A DNA stretch of 64,000 nt from positions 4,092,001-4,156,000 of the forward strand of contig CM022678.1 of NCBI GenBank assembly GCA_012295275.1, given 5' to 3'. This document shows positions 50,138 through 64,000 of this stretch, piece after piece. The notes beneath the pieces were generated by a model, which made no database searches, had not been told where the DNA came from, and saw only the letters and a list, made by a program, of their open reading frames with translations. Origin of the DNA: Chrysomallon squamiferum. Its lineage: Eukaryota > Animalia > Mollusca. The position numbers and the translations under genes were made by a program. Every line of letters begins with the position of its first letter. Position 1 is the stretch's first letter.

Positions 50138-52330
50138 ATTACTTAGTTTATTTATTTATTTATATACATTTCTATCTTTGTTTTCTTAGTTAGATACTCC
50201 TTGTTTTAATATATTTAACACCTCAAGGTCGAATACATTATCAGCGATTAAATCACTATATATCATCATCAGTGACGGTTTCAAGAAATATAGGATCTCT
50301 GAGCTTACTTACCAAACCGCACACATTAATATCAATTATTTTAAAATCATGAGCGCTTATTTCTTTATGACATTTGTTTGGAGCACTTTTACAAATGAGA
50401 GTGTTTACTGACGTTTGCTCAGCAGGTGTTGTTCTGTCTGTTATAGAAACACGTTAACACCTAACCTATTGGGTGTGACTTCATGTTTAATTATTTATGG
50501 CCTTGGGCACCTGATACACTAATGTTGATCTGCCTGTAATCATTTCTACAGCTTATGTTAACTAGAACCGATTACATTGTATCAAAGCCTCAGTAAAAAT
50601 CCTTTATACATATAGAACACAGTAATAATGATTGAACCATAAGTTTTGTAAAAAGATATGCACATGAATTGCCTATCGCATTTTGTTTATATTGAAACAG
50701 ATGATATCATTGAGATATTTATATTAAGAAAACAGAATAACCTTTATCATAAAGATACAAAAACAAGTACATGTAAATTAACAATTGCACATGAATATTA
50801 AATGTATACAAAATTATAAATTAAAATCAATATCACCCTCTGAACAGAAATAATGAATATGCAACAGTTGTGTCGACTGAGAAAATACTCTGTGTATAAT
50901 CAGGTTCATGGCTTTTGAGTCACAATTACAAAACATAAATGTCAGGCTGCACCCAGGACATTGCTTAACAAAAAATGCAAAAGCGAAGTCTATATGATTA
51001 CATTTGTTTGTTTGTTTGAACGTCTGTTTAGAACTTCACTTAGATGTTTTATATTTGTTATACCGTTAATTAACTAAATAATATGCTGCAGTTAGAAACA
51101 TGTTAATAAAATATAAATTTAATATTTAATAAACATGTTCGCTCGAACACACACGTACTAACTTTGGAACGTACATTTATATCAACACACACAGATCAGT
51201 TGATAATGGAAGATAAGTCTTTATCAATAGCAGAGAGCGAGGGGTGGGGGAAATGAGACAAGACGTTGTTCTTGTGTAATGACCAGGTCTGTGGCCAGAA
51301 AGGTAGCATGAGACCCAGTGGATATTTATCATTTGTCTGATACGTATGTGAGCCATGAAAATGATGTGAATGAGGTTATTAGTAAAATAGGAGATAAGTG
51401 AAATGGAGAACTACATCTGATGGAAACGCCGAGGGTAAATGAATCAGTTGTGTTTGCGATTTTTACTGTTATATAGGTTTCACTAGCGCTAAGATTCAAA
51501 GAGAAAAGCTGAACATCCAAAACTTTACATTTCAGATTTTCTAATTCATCCCTTGTAATTGAAATTTATCATGTAGATCTTTTCATTCCGACTAATTTCG
51601 TATAAAAGTAATTAAGCTACCAGAATCTTCGGTGATTTCATTTTTTAGAATGTGATTGGTCTTGTTTGGAAGAAGATAAATTATGATAATGGGCTTTTGT
51701 CACAGACAATTCGCTTCAGAATGGAAACTTAAAAATCGAAATTTTACGAAAACTGTAAACAAATATTAATTTTATTTATTTTCATTCTTAATACATATCT
51801 ATTTGCCTAACAATTTCTCATTTTATTTTCATTGAAATCAGTGATAAAAATAAATATCTAGTTATACTCATGACTCAACTTTCTATTTCGCCAAGAAAAA
51901 AAAAATGGAGGCAGTGTCAAACAATCTAACCTACGTCTAGTTAGAGAAGAATTCGCTAAGACTTTTATAGTAACTGAAACTGTAACTGTTTTTTGACATT
52001 AGAAACACGGTCTCGTCTGTGTTAACTTTGACAATAACTTTTCATTTTCAAACTACAATAAACGATAAAGAACATTTCAAAGCAATGCTCTTCGTTTTAT
52101 ATCTTAAATGTAACAAATTGCTTGGTGAATTAACGGTATAACATGCATGAAACATGTAAATGAATGTCTAAACAAATGTTACTATGAGAAGTCAAAGGTA
52201 AACAAATAATCGGATTTTGCTGTGAGGTCTTCAACGTGCAGTGTGATATCGTCTGACGAAACTACAAGCTAAACTAAGAAATACGTGTCGTTTTGTTGGT
52301 TTTTATATTGTGTCTCAAGGACAGAAAATC

Positions 52331-52385
52331 ATGTATGGTTTTTTACTTGGAATAATTTTCACAGCGCTCTATTCGGCCGAAAATG
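52331..52385 (+). CDS. Leader exon, cassette copy 2
   Basis: Identical to 49611-49665. Confidence 0.6.
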
Positions 52386-52523
52386 GTAATTTATGTATTT
52401 ATATATTATTTCTCTTCTATATTTTAAAAATTATTTATTTTCTTTACAGTGAATAGTCTTGGGTGCTTCTCTCTGCCTATCGTCTACGCTTTTATTGTTC
52501 TCTCTGTTTACTGCAGTTAGTTT

Positions 52524-52638
<115 letters not shown>

Positions 52639-52651
52639 GTCTCTCTCTCTG

Positions 52652-52704
<53 letters not shown>

Positions 52705-52853
52705 GTCTGTCTGTTTTATTTGTTTGTCGCTGCCTGTTTCTATAACACACGCTACTGTTTGTACAAATATATGTATACAACCTTTTTCAATATTTTATAA
52801 ATTATTTTTATTGTTTATAGAGAATTGTTTTCGGAGTCCTTTAACTCTCTCTC

Positions 52854-53151
<298 letters not shown>

Positions 53152-53293
53152 GTCTGTCTGTCTGTTTTATTTGTTTGTCGCTGCCTGTTTCTATAACACT
53201 CGCTACTGTTTGTACAAATATATGTATACAACCTTTTTCAATATTTTATAAATTATTTTTATTGTTTATAGAGAATTGTTTTCGGAGTCCTTT

Positions 53294-53407
<114 letters not shown>

Positions 53408-55598
53408 TTGATTACTTAGTTTATTTATTTATTTATTTATATACATTTCTATCTTTGTTTCTTAGTTAGATACTCGTTGTTTTAATATATTTAACACCTC
53501 AAGGTCGAATACATTATCAGCGATTAAATCACTATATATCATAATTAGTGACGGTTTCAAGAAATATAGGATCTCTGAGCTTACTTACCAAACCGCACAC
53601 ATTAATATCAATTATTTTAAAATCATGAACGCTTATTTCTTTATGACATTTGTTTGGAGCACTTTTACAAATGAGAGTGTTTACTGACGTTTGCTCAGCA
53701 GGTGTTGTTCTGTCTGTTATAGAAACACGTTAACACCTAACCTATTGGGTGTGACTTCATGTTTAATTCTTTATGGCCTTGGGCACCTGATACACTAATG
53801 TTGATCTGCCTGTAATCATTTCTACAGCTTATGTTAACTTGAACCGATTACATTGTATCAAAGCCTCAGTAAAAATCCTTTATACATATAGAACACAGTA
53901 ATAATGATTGAACCATAAGTTTTGTAAAAAGATATGCACATGAATTGCCTATCGCATTTTGTTTATATTGAAACAGATGATATCATTGAGATATTTATAT
54001 TAAGAAAACAGAATAACCTTTATTATAAAGATACAAAAACAAGTACATGTAAATTAACAATTGCACATGAATATTAAATGTATACAAAATTATAAATTAA
54101 AATCAGTATCACCCTCTGAACAGAAATAATGAATATGCAACAGTTGTGTCGACTGAGAAAATACTCTGTGTATAATCATGTTCATGGCTTTTGAGTCACA
54201 AATACAAAATACAAATGTCAGGCTGCACCAAGGACATTGCTTAACAAAAAATGCAAAAGCGAAGTCTATTTGATTACATTTCTTTTGTTTCTTGAACGTC
54301 TGTTTAGAACTTCATTGAGATGGTTTATATATGTTTTACCGTTAATTAACTAAATAATATGCTGCAGTTAGAAAGATGTTAATAAAATATAAATTTAATA
54401 TTTAATAAACATGTTCGCTCGAACAGACACGTACTAATTTTGGGACGTACATTTATATCAACACACACAGATCAGTTGATAATGGAAGATAAGTCTTTAT
54501 CAATAGCAGAGAGCGAGGTGGATGATGCTAGATGTCCTCCTTGTGTAATGACCAGATCTGTAATGAAAGGTAGCATGAGACCCAGTGGATATTTATAACT
54601 TGTCTGATACGTATGTGAGCCATGACAATGGTGTGAATGAGGTTATTAGTAAAATAGGAGATAAGTGAAATGGAGAATTACATCTGATGGAAACGCCGTG
54701 GGTGAATGAATCAGTTGTGTTTGCGATTTTTACTGTTATATAGGTTTCACTAGCGCTAAGATTCAAAGAGAAAAGCTGAACCTCCAAAACTTTACATTTC
54801 AGATTTTCTAATTCATCCCTTGTAATTGAAATTTATCATGTAGATCTTTTCATTCCGACTAATTTCGTATAAAAGTTGGTTAAGCTACCAGAATCTTCGG
54901 TGATTTCATTTTTTAGAACGTGATTGGTCTTGTTTGCCAGAAGATAAATTATTATAATAGGCTTTTGACAAAGACAATTCGCTTCAGAATGGAAACTTAA
55001 ACATCGAAATTTTTACAAAAATTGTAAACAAATATTAATTTTATTTATTTTCATTCTTAATTCATATCTATTTTCCTAACAATTTCTCATTTTATTTTCA
55101 CTGAAATCAGTGTTAAATATATCTACAGTTATAGTCATGATTCAACTTTGCATTTCGCCAAGAAAAAAAAAAATAGAGGCAGTATCAAACAGTATAATCT
55201 ACGTATAGTTAGAGAAAAATTCGATAAGACTTTTATAGCAACTGAAACTATAACTGTTTTTTAACATTAGAATCACGGTCTCGTCTGTGTTAACTTTGAT
55301 AATAACTTTTTATTTTCAAACTACAATAAACGATAAAGAAGATTTCAAAGCAATGCTCTTCGTTTTATATCTTAAATGTAACAAATTGCGTAGTGAATTA
55401 ACGGTATAACATGCATGAAACATGTAAATGAATGTCTAAACAAATGTTACTATGAGAAGTCAAAGGTAAAAAAATAATCGGATTTTGCTGTGAGGTCTTC
55501 AACGTGCAGTGTGATATCGTCTGACGAAACTACAAGCTAAACTAAGAAATACGTGTCGTTTTCTGGCTTTTTATACTGTGTCTCAAGGAGAGAAAATC

Positions 55599-55653
55599 AT
55601 GTATGAATTTCTATTTGGAATAATTTTCGCAGTCCTCTATTCGACAGAAAGTG
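55599..55653 (+). CDS. Leader exon, cassette copy 3; nearest candidate exon 1 for gene C
   Basis: MYEFLFGIIFAVLYSTES+G, phase 1, compatible with the acceptor at 56734. Confidence 0.6.
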
Positions 55654-55811
55654 GTAATTTATTTATTTATTTATTTATTTATTTATCTATTTATTATTTC
55701 TCTTCTATATTTTAAAAATTATTTATTTTCTTTACAGTGAATAGTCTTCGGTGCTTCTCTCTGCCTCTCGTCTACGCTTTTATTGTTCTCTATCTTTTCT
55801 GCAGTTAGTTT

Positions 55812-55904
<93 letters not shown>

Positions 55905-56093
55905 ATTTATATATTTTTCTTTATATATTTATTTATTTATTTGTCTTTTACTTTTCTTATTTGTTGATTTTTGTTTTTTATTTACTTTTTACTTTATTTG
56001 TTTATTTTTATTTTTTATCCTATGAAACTCGTTATTTTAATATATTTAACATCTCAATTTCAAATATAGCGTTAGCGATTAAGTCATCATATT

Positions 56094-56450
56094 ACTTTGT
56101 TTGAGTAATATCAAAATAATTATCATCATCTGTTCTACTGCTGAAGTTACCATTCATACAGATCTTGTTATTCTTATTAACAAATGACACATTTTCATTT
56201 TCAAGTCGGTGGAAAGCATCAGAAGATGAATAAGATGAATTTTCTAGTGGCATGTATAGAATGCCAATTAAAATATTATCTTCGATGTGTAAACCACCTC
56301 CTTCTAGGCATAGCCGAAATAACATATGTACCCAGAGATTTCATAATATTGTCACGTTTTAATAGATATTGTTTTATACATATAACTCTAACTCTGATTT
56401 AAGATGAGATAAAGGACGTCTTTTGTTAAAAATATCAATTTTATCAGCGT
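56094..56450 (-). mobile_element. Decayed non-LTR retrotransposon (LINE) AP-endonuclease fragment
   Basis: ILIGILYMPLENSSYSSSDAFHRLENE..KICMNGNFSSRT matches the G-x-x-YIPPxNS..F..LE..GDFNxRT pattern of LINE endonucleases; stops upstream. Confidence 0.7.
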
Positions 56451-56454
56451 CAAA

Positions 56455-57271
56455 AATCACGAATAAGGATGGTAAATGGTAGAAAGAAGTTTGAAGGAAG
56501 AATTGAAATTTATATATATATCGATAGGCATACACACATCCATCTTTGTGCGTACGTGCGTGTGTGTGTGTCTGTGTGTTTTCTTGTTTAATTTTTTCGA
56601 CAAGATCACGAATAAGTCTTGGCAGAAAGTAGTTTTCTTCTTGTCTTTTTGCTGATGTTGTTGTTATTGTTTTTGGATGACATTATTAAAGCAACTTACT
56701 TGTTTCAAATCAGAATTTACTTTTTAATTTCAGTTGTTGCAACTAAGTCACAGATACGACTAGTGAATGGTACCACCAGGTACGAGGGGAGAGTTGAAAT
56801 CTATCACAATAATAGTTGGGGTTCTGTTTGTGATGACGAATTCGGGACGAAAGAGGCTCGGGTTGTATGTCGGAGTTTGGGCTTTTCTACGTATGTTTAT
56901 TTCTTTTTTAAACTAATAATAATAATAATAATACTACTACTACTGATAATAATGAGAATGAGAATGATAATTATAAAAGGACTAAGACATTTCAGTTTTG
57001 TTAAATAACAAACTAAAATTATCAATTGTTTTCTCAATTATTTAGTTTTCTTTAATAAAAGGAAATTATCTTTTTTAAATAAAAAATAGTATCTTTGTCG
57101 TTTCTAATGGCACATTTCATCTTCTTTATTATTATTATTTTTTTTTCAAAATAACAATTGTTTTCTTTTAACAAAAATAACTACTATTGTTCCTCTCTTG
57201 TTATAGTTATTTTTATTTATTTATTTATTTTACTATTATTATTTTTAAGGTTTTTTTAAATATTTATTTAT

Positions 57272-57322
<51 letters not shown>

Positions 57323-57582
57323 TTATATAAAGAGTCAATATCAAAGTTTATTCAAATGCTCGTTTCGGGCCAAGTTCGGGGCCCATTTGGCTTGATGATG
57401 TCAACTGCACTGGAACTGAGCAATACCTAGACCAGTGTTCTTCGCGAAACTGGGGGATACAGGACTGTGAACATTCAGAGGATGTTAGTGTCGGATGCCA
57501 AGGTATTTATAAATATTTTATTTATTTGAATATATATATATGCTTATTTATTTTATAAGTATTATTAATAATTATTTTTATG

Positions 57583-57620
<38 letters not shown>

Positions 57621-57903
57621 TTTTGTTATTGTTTTTGTTGTTGTTGTTGTTGTTATTGTTCTTGGATGACATTATTAAAGCAACTTACTTTCTTTCAAAT
57701 CAGAATTTACTTTTTATTTCCAGTTGTTGCAACTAAGTCAGAGATACGACTAGTGAATGGTACCACCAGGTACGAAGGGAGAGTTGAAATCTATCACAAT
57801 AATAGTTGGGGTTCTATTTGTGATGACGAATTCGGGACGCAGGACGCTCGGGTTGTATGTCGGAGTTTGGGATTTGATACGTATGTTTATTTCTTTTTTA
57901 AAC

Positions 57904-57953
<50 letters not shown>

Positions 57954-58568
57954 TAATAATAATAATGATGATGATGATGATAATAATAATGATAATAATA
58001 ATGATATTGATAATAACAAACGGATTAATTATTTAGTTTTCTTTAATAAAACGAAATTATCTTGTTCTTTATTGAATAAAAAATAGTATCTTTGTCGTTT
58101 CTAATGGAACATTCATCATCTTTATTATTATTATTTTTTTCAAAATAACAGTTGTTTTCTTTTTACAAAAATAACTATTATTGTTTCTGTCATGTTTATT
58201 TGTTTATTTTACTATTATTATTATTTTTAAGTTTTTTTTATATATTTATTTAATGTTATTGTTATTATTATTATTATTTTTAAGTTTTTTTTATATATTT
58301 ATTTAATGTTATTATTATTATTATTATCATTTTATATAAAGAGTCAATGTCAAAGTTTATTCAAATGCTCGTTTCGGGCCGAGTTCGGGGCCCATTTGGC
58401 TTGATGAGGTCAGCTGCACTGGAACTGAACAATACCTAGACCAGTGTTCTTTGCGACCCTGGGGGAAACAGGACTGTGAACATTCAGAGGATGTTAGTGT
58501 CGGATGTCAAGGTACTTATAAATATTTTATTTATTTGAATATATATATATGCTTATTTATTTCATAAC

Positions 58569-58632
<64 letters not shown>

Positions 58633-60031
58633 GTTATTATTATTATTATTGTTTTTGTTTTTGTTGTTGTTGTTGTTGTTATTATAGTTATTTTGAGGAT
58701 ATTTGGGTAGCTGGTGTTTGTGCGTGTGTATGATTATTTCCATAGTGATTTATTAACTTATTAACTTTAATAATTACTAATTTATAAAGGAGTTTCAACA
58801 AGATCACGAATAAAGGTGGTAAATGGTAGAAAGAGGTATGAAGGAAGAACTGAAATTTATATATATATCGATAGGCATACACACATACATCTTTGTATGT
58901 GTGTGAGTTTTCTTCTTATTTTTCTTCTTGTTATTTTGCTGATGTTGTTGTTATTGTTCTTGGATGACATTATTAAAGCAACTTACTTTGTTTCAAATCA
59001 GAATTTACTTTTTAGTTCCAGTTGTTGCAACTAAGTCAGAGATACGACTAGTGAATGGTACCACCAGGTACGAAGGGAGAGTTGAAATCTATCACAATGG
59101 TCGTTGGGGTTCTATTTGTAATGACGGATTCGGGACGAAAGAGGCTCGGGTTGTATGTCGGAGTTTGGGATTCTCTACGTATGTTTATTTCTTTTTTAAA
59201 CTAATAATAATAATAATAATAGTAATGATGATGATGATGATGATAATAATAATGATAATAATAATGATATTGATAATAACAAACGGATTAATTATTTAGT
59301 GTTCTTTAGTAAAACGAAATTATCTTGTTCTTTTTTTAAATAAAAAATAGTATCTTTGTCGTTTCTAATGGCAACATTCATCATCTTTATTATTATGATT
59401 TTTTTCAAAATAACAGTTGTTTTCTTTTTACAAAAATAACTATTATTGTTTCTGTCATGTTTATTTTTTTATTTTACTATTATTATTATTTTTAAGTTTT
59501 TTTATATATTTATTTAATGTTATTGTTATTATTATTATTATTTTATATAAAGAGTCAATGTCACAGTTTATTCAAATGCTCGTTTCGGGCCGAGTTCGGG
59601 GCCCATTTGGCTTGATGATGTCAACTGCACTGGAACTGAACAATACCTAGACCAGTGTTCTTCGCGATCCTGGGGGGAACATTACTGTGAACATTCAGAG
59701 GATGTTAGTGTCAGATGTCAAGGTACTTATAAATATTTTACTTATTTGAATATATATATATATGCTTATTTATTTTATAACTATTATTAATAATAATAAT
59801 AATTATTATTATTTTTTTATTATTGTTATTGTTTTTTGTTGTTGTTGTTGTTGTTGTTGTTATTGTTATTTTGAGGATATTTGGGTAGCTGGTTTTGTGC
59901 GTGTGTATGATTATTTCCATAGTGATTTATTAACTTATTAACTTTAATAATTACTAATTTATAAAGGAGTTTCAACAAGATCACCAATAAGTGTGGTAAA
60001 TGGCAGAAAGAGGTATGAAGGAAGAACTGAA

Positions 60032-60083
<52 letters not shown>

Positions 60084-60400
60084 ATAGGCATACACACATA
60101 CATCTGTGTATATGTGTGAGTTTTCTTCTTCTTATTTTGCTCATGTTGTTGTTATTGTTCTTGGATGACATTATTAAAGCAACTTACTTTTTTTCAAATC
60201 AGAATTTACTTTTTATTTCCAGTTATTGCAACTAAGTCACAGATACGACTAGTGAATGGTACCACCAGGTACGAGGGGAGAGTTGAAATCTATCACAATT
60301 ATCGTTGGGGTTCTGTTTGTGATGACGAATTCGAGACGCAGGACGCTCGGGTTGTATGTCGGAGTTTGGGCTTTTCTACGTATGTTTATTTCTTTTTTAA

Positions 60401-60463
<63 letters not shown>

Positions 60464-61641
60464 AATGATAATTATAAAAGGACTAAGACATTTCAATTTT
60501 GTTAAATAACAAACTATAATTATAAATTGTTTTCTCAATTATTTAGTTTTCTTTAATAAAAGGAAATTATCTTTTTAAATAAAAAATAGTATCTTTGTCG
60601 CTTCTAATGGCACCTTTCATCTTCTTTATTATTATTATATTTTTTTTTCAAAATAACAGTTGTTTTCATTTTACAAAAATAACTACAATTGTTTCTCTCT
60701 TATTATAGTTATTTTTATTTATTTATTTATTTTACTATTATTATTTTTAAGGTTTTTCAAAATATTTATTTATTTTGTTATTATTATTATTATTATTATT
60801 ATTTTATATAAAGAGTCAATGTCAAAGTTTATTCAAATGCTCGTTTCGGGCCGAGTTCGGGGCCCATTTGGCTTGATGATGTCAACTGCACTGGAACTGA
60901 ACAATACCTAGACCAGTGTTCTTTTCGATCCTGGGGGAACAGGACTGTGAACATTTAGAGGATGTTAGTGTCGGATGTCAAGGTATTTATAAATATTTTA
61001 TTTATTTGAATATATATATGCTTATTTATTTTATTACTATTAATAATAATTATAATAATAATAATAATTATAGTTATTATTATTATTATTATTATTGTTT
61101 TTGTTGTTGTTGTTGTTGTTATTATAGTTATTTTGAGGATATTTGGGTAGCTGGTGTTTGTGCGTGTGTATGATTATTTCCATAGTGATTTATTAACTTA
61201 TTAACTTTAATAATTACTAATTTATAAAGGAGTTTCAACAAGATCACGAATAAGTGTGGTAAATGGCAGAAAGAGGTATGAAGGAAGAATTGAAATTTAT
61301 ATATATATCGATAGGCATACACACATACATCTTTGTATGTGTGTGAGTTTTCTTCTTATTTTTCTTCTTGTTATTTTGCTGATGTTGTTGTTACTGTTCT
61401 TGGATGACATCATTAAAGCAACTTACTTTTTTTCAAATCAGAATTTACTTTTTAATTCCAGTTGTTGCAACTAAGTCACAGATACGACTAGTGAATGGTA
61501 CCACCAGGTACGAGGGGAGAGTTGAAATCTATCACAATAATAGTTGGGGTTCTATTTGTAATGACGAATTCGGGACGAAAGAGGCTCGTGTTGTATGTCG
61601 GAGTTTGGGCTTTTCTACGTATGTTTATTTCTTTTTTCAAC

Positions 61642-61692
<51 letters not shown>

Positions 61693-62073
61693 TAATGATG
61701 ATGATGATGATGATGATAATAATAACGATAATAATAATGATATTGATAATAACAAACGGATTAAGACATTTCTTTCATTTTTAAATAAGAAACAATAATT
61801 ATCCATTGTTTTCTCAATTATTATTTTGTTTTTTTTAATAAAACGAAATTATTTTGTCCTTCCTTTTTGAATAAAAAATATTATCTTTATCGTTTCTTAT
61901 GGCAACTTTCATCATCTTTATTATTATTATTATTTTTTTTTTCAAATTACCAGTTGTTTTCTTTTAAAAAATAACTATTACTGTTTGTTTCTTCTTATAG
62001 TTATATTTATTTATTTATTTATTTTACTATTATTATTATTATTATTTTAATTTTATGTATTTATTTATTTATT

Positions 62074-62133
<60 letters not shown>

Positions 62134-62320
62134 TTATATAAAGTGTGAATGTCAAAGTTTATTCAAACGCTCGTTTCGGGCCGAGTTCGGGGCCCATTTG
62201 GCTTAATGACGTCAACTGCTCTGGAACTGAACAATACCTAGACCAGTGTTCTTTGCGAAACTGGGGGATCACAACTGTGCACATTCATCGGATGTTAGTG
62301 TCAGATGTCAAGGTATATAT
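56455..62320 (+). repeat. Five tandem ~1.0-1.3 kb units, each carrying one SRCR1-type exon pair
   Basis: Repeated intron and exon sequence (ggatgacattattaaagcaacttact..cagttgttgcaactaagtca..). Confidence 0.92.
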
Positions 62321-62366
62321 ATTTATATATATATATGTTTGTAATTATCTTGATATAGATATATAC

Positions 62367-62401
<35 letters not shown>

Positions 62402-62402
62402 C

Positions 62403-62501
<99 letters not shown>

Positions 62502-63060
62502 ATATGCATGTATATAGATACAGAGCATAGATTTATACATACAGTTCTGAAGAAGTATCCGTATGCATGAAGAAAAACAAGATAAGTATAAAGATGGAAG
62601 GATAGATAGACAGACTGATAGATAAGAAGTAGATAATAGAGAGAACGGAAATGATGTAATTAAGTAATCTTTATTTTATTTATTTGTTTGTTTACATTTA
62701 TATATGTATGAATGTTTGTATCTGTGTGAGTATACATATATATATATATATTATTCAGAGGATGCACGCCAGTCACAAGTACGACTCGTTAATGGTAGCA
62801 CGAGGTTTGAGGGCAGAGTTGAAATTTATCACGATGGACGATGGGGTTCTATTTGTGATGATTCGTTTGGTGCACACGAGGCTAAAGTTTTCTGTCGCAG
62901 TTTAATGTTACCAAGGTGAGATAACTCTGTGAATTATTAATAGTACTGTATGTCATATGTTATTTCGTGAAAAAAAAATTCTGTTTTGCATATAGTGATG
63001 CCACTAGCATAGAAAAATAACGGTGCCATGATTTGTATTAGCTAAGCTCTTTTATACTAG

Positions 63061-63137
<77 letters not shown>

Positions 63138-63550
63138 TATAATAATAATAATAATTATAATCATAATTATAATTATAATTGTAACAATAATAGCAATAAT
63201 AATAATATCAGTCGTAGTAATAGTAGAAGTAGATATAGTAGTAACAATGGCAGTAGTGTTGACGTAGTAGTAGTAGTTGTAGGAATAATAGTAGTTTATG
63301 TTTAAACAGATATCCCACTGCAATAGACATATGTAACTAGTTCCATTTTGATAAAACTGATTTTTTATTTTCTGTTTAAGTAAAAGAACGACAGTCTATC
63401 CTGCTGCACGATTTGGATCAAGTACGGGACCCATTTGGCTGGATGACGTCAAGTGTCAGGGCAATGAAGAAAACCTTGACCAGTGTTCCTTGCCACCATG
63501 GGGTCTTAGTAACTGTGACCATAGCGAGGATGTTGGCGTTAAGTGTGACG
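56734..63550 (+). CDS. Gene C: multi-SRCR protein, at least 6 group-A SRCR domains, 3' end probably beyond the window; two -1 frameshifts as assembled
   Basis: Exon pairs 56734-56890/57333-57502, 57724-57880/58342-58511, 59022-59178/59553-59722, 60223-60379/60814-60982 (169 nt), 61462-61618/62144-62312 (169 nt), 62759-62915/63381-63550; all GT-AG, phases 1-2-1. Confidence 0.88.
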
Positions 63551-64000
63551 GTAACAATATGTAATTATTTTCCATTATAAAGACATACTTATCGAAAAAT
63601 AGGAATATAGACTGATGGAGTCAGACATACAGACCAGTAAAGATGGGCACGTAGATCGGAAGAGAGAGACATATATAGATCATTAGAAATGATAAGCACA
63701 TAAATCTATGGAGATAGATAACATATAGATAAGTTGAGACATATAGACATATAGATCAATATAGACAGACAGACAATAGACATATACACATACAGATACA
63801 CAGAGATGTAGAATCCCAGATTATCTTCGACGTTTCCTTATAAATTTCCTTATATCATTAAGTGTATTCATTTATTATTTGGTTGTTTGTTGGCGTTCTT
63901 ATTTGGTTGATTGTTTGATTGACTGATTGATTGATTTGATTGTTTGTATAATTTATTTGAATTTTTTTTTTGTCTGTTTTTAATAAGTTTTATTGTGTAA

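Overview
AT-rich, microsatellite-dense animal DNA with GT-AG introns (mollusc-like; organism is inference only). Most listed ORFs are microsatellite artefacts. Splicing exons by hand reveals a cluster of cell-surface receptor genes. (1) Three group-A SRCR genes: A (minus, 12612-22162; leader + 4 SRCR + hydrophobic C-terminal tail; one G-run frameshift), B (plus, 28290-35586; pseudogenised inverted paralog) and C (plus, from 56734, at least 6 SRCR, probably running off the right edge). (2) The 5' end of a leader + CUB-like gene D running off the left edge. (3) Two 85-90 aa single-pass membrane microprotein genes, E (minus, 8181-9395) and F (plus, 39198-40731), not recovered as single ORFs. (4) Gene G (minus, 45631-47983), with decayed CUB exons, a transmembrane exon and an intact C3HC4 RING exon. 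The TM exons of E, F and G align without gaps, tying them into one family. The locus is built from a ~16-18 kb-armed inverted duplication centred near 23.5 kb, an exon-less ghost gene copy, a triplicated ~2.7-3.3 kb promoter/leader cassette, and decayed Gypsy and LINE fragments.
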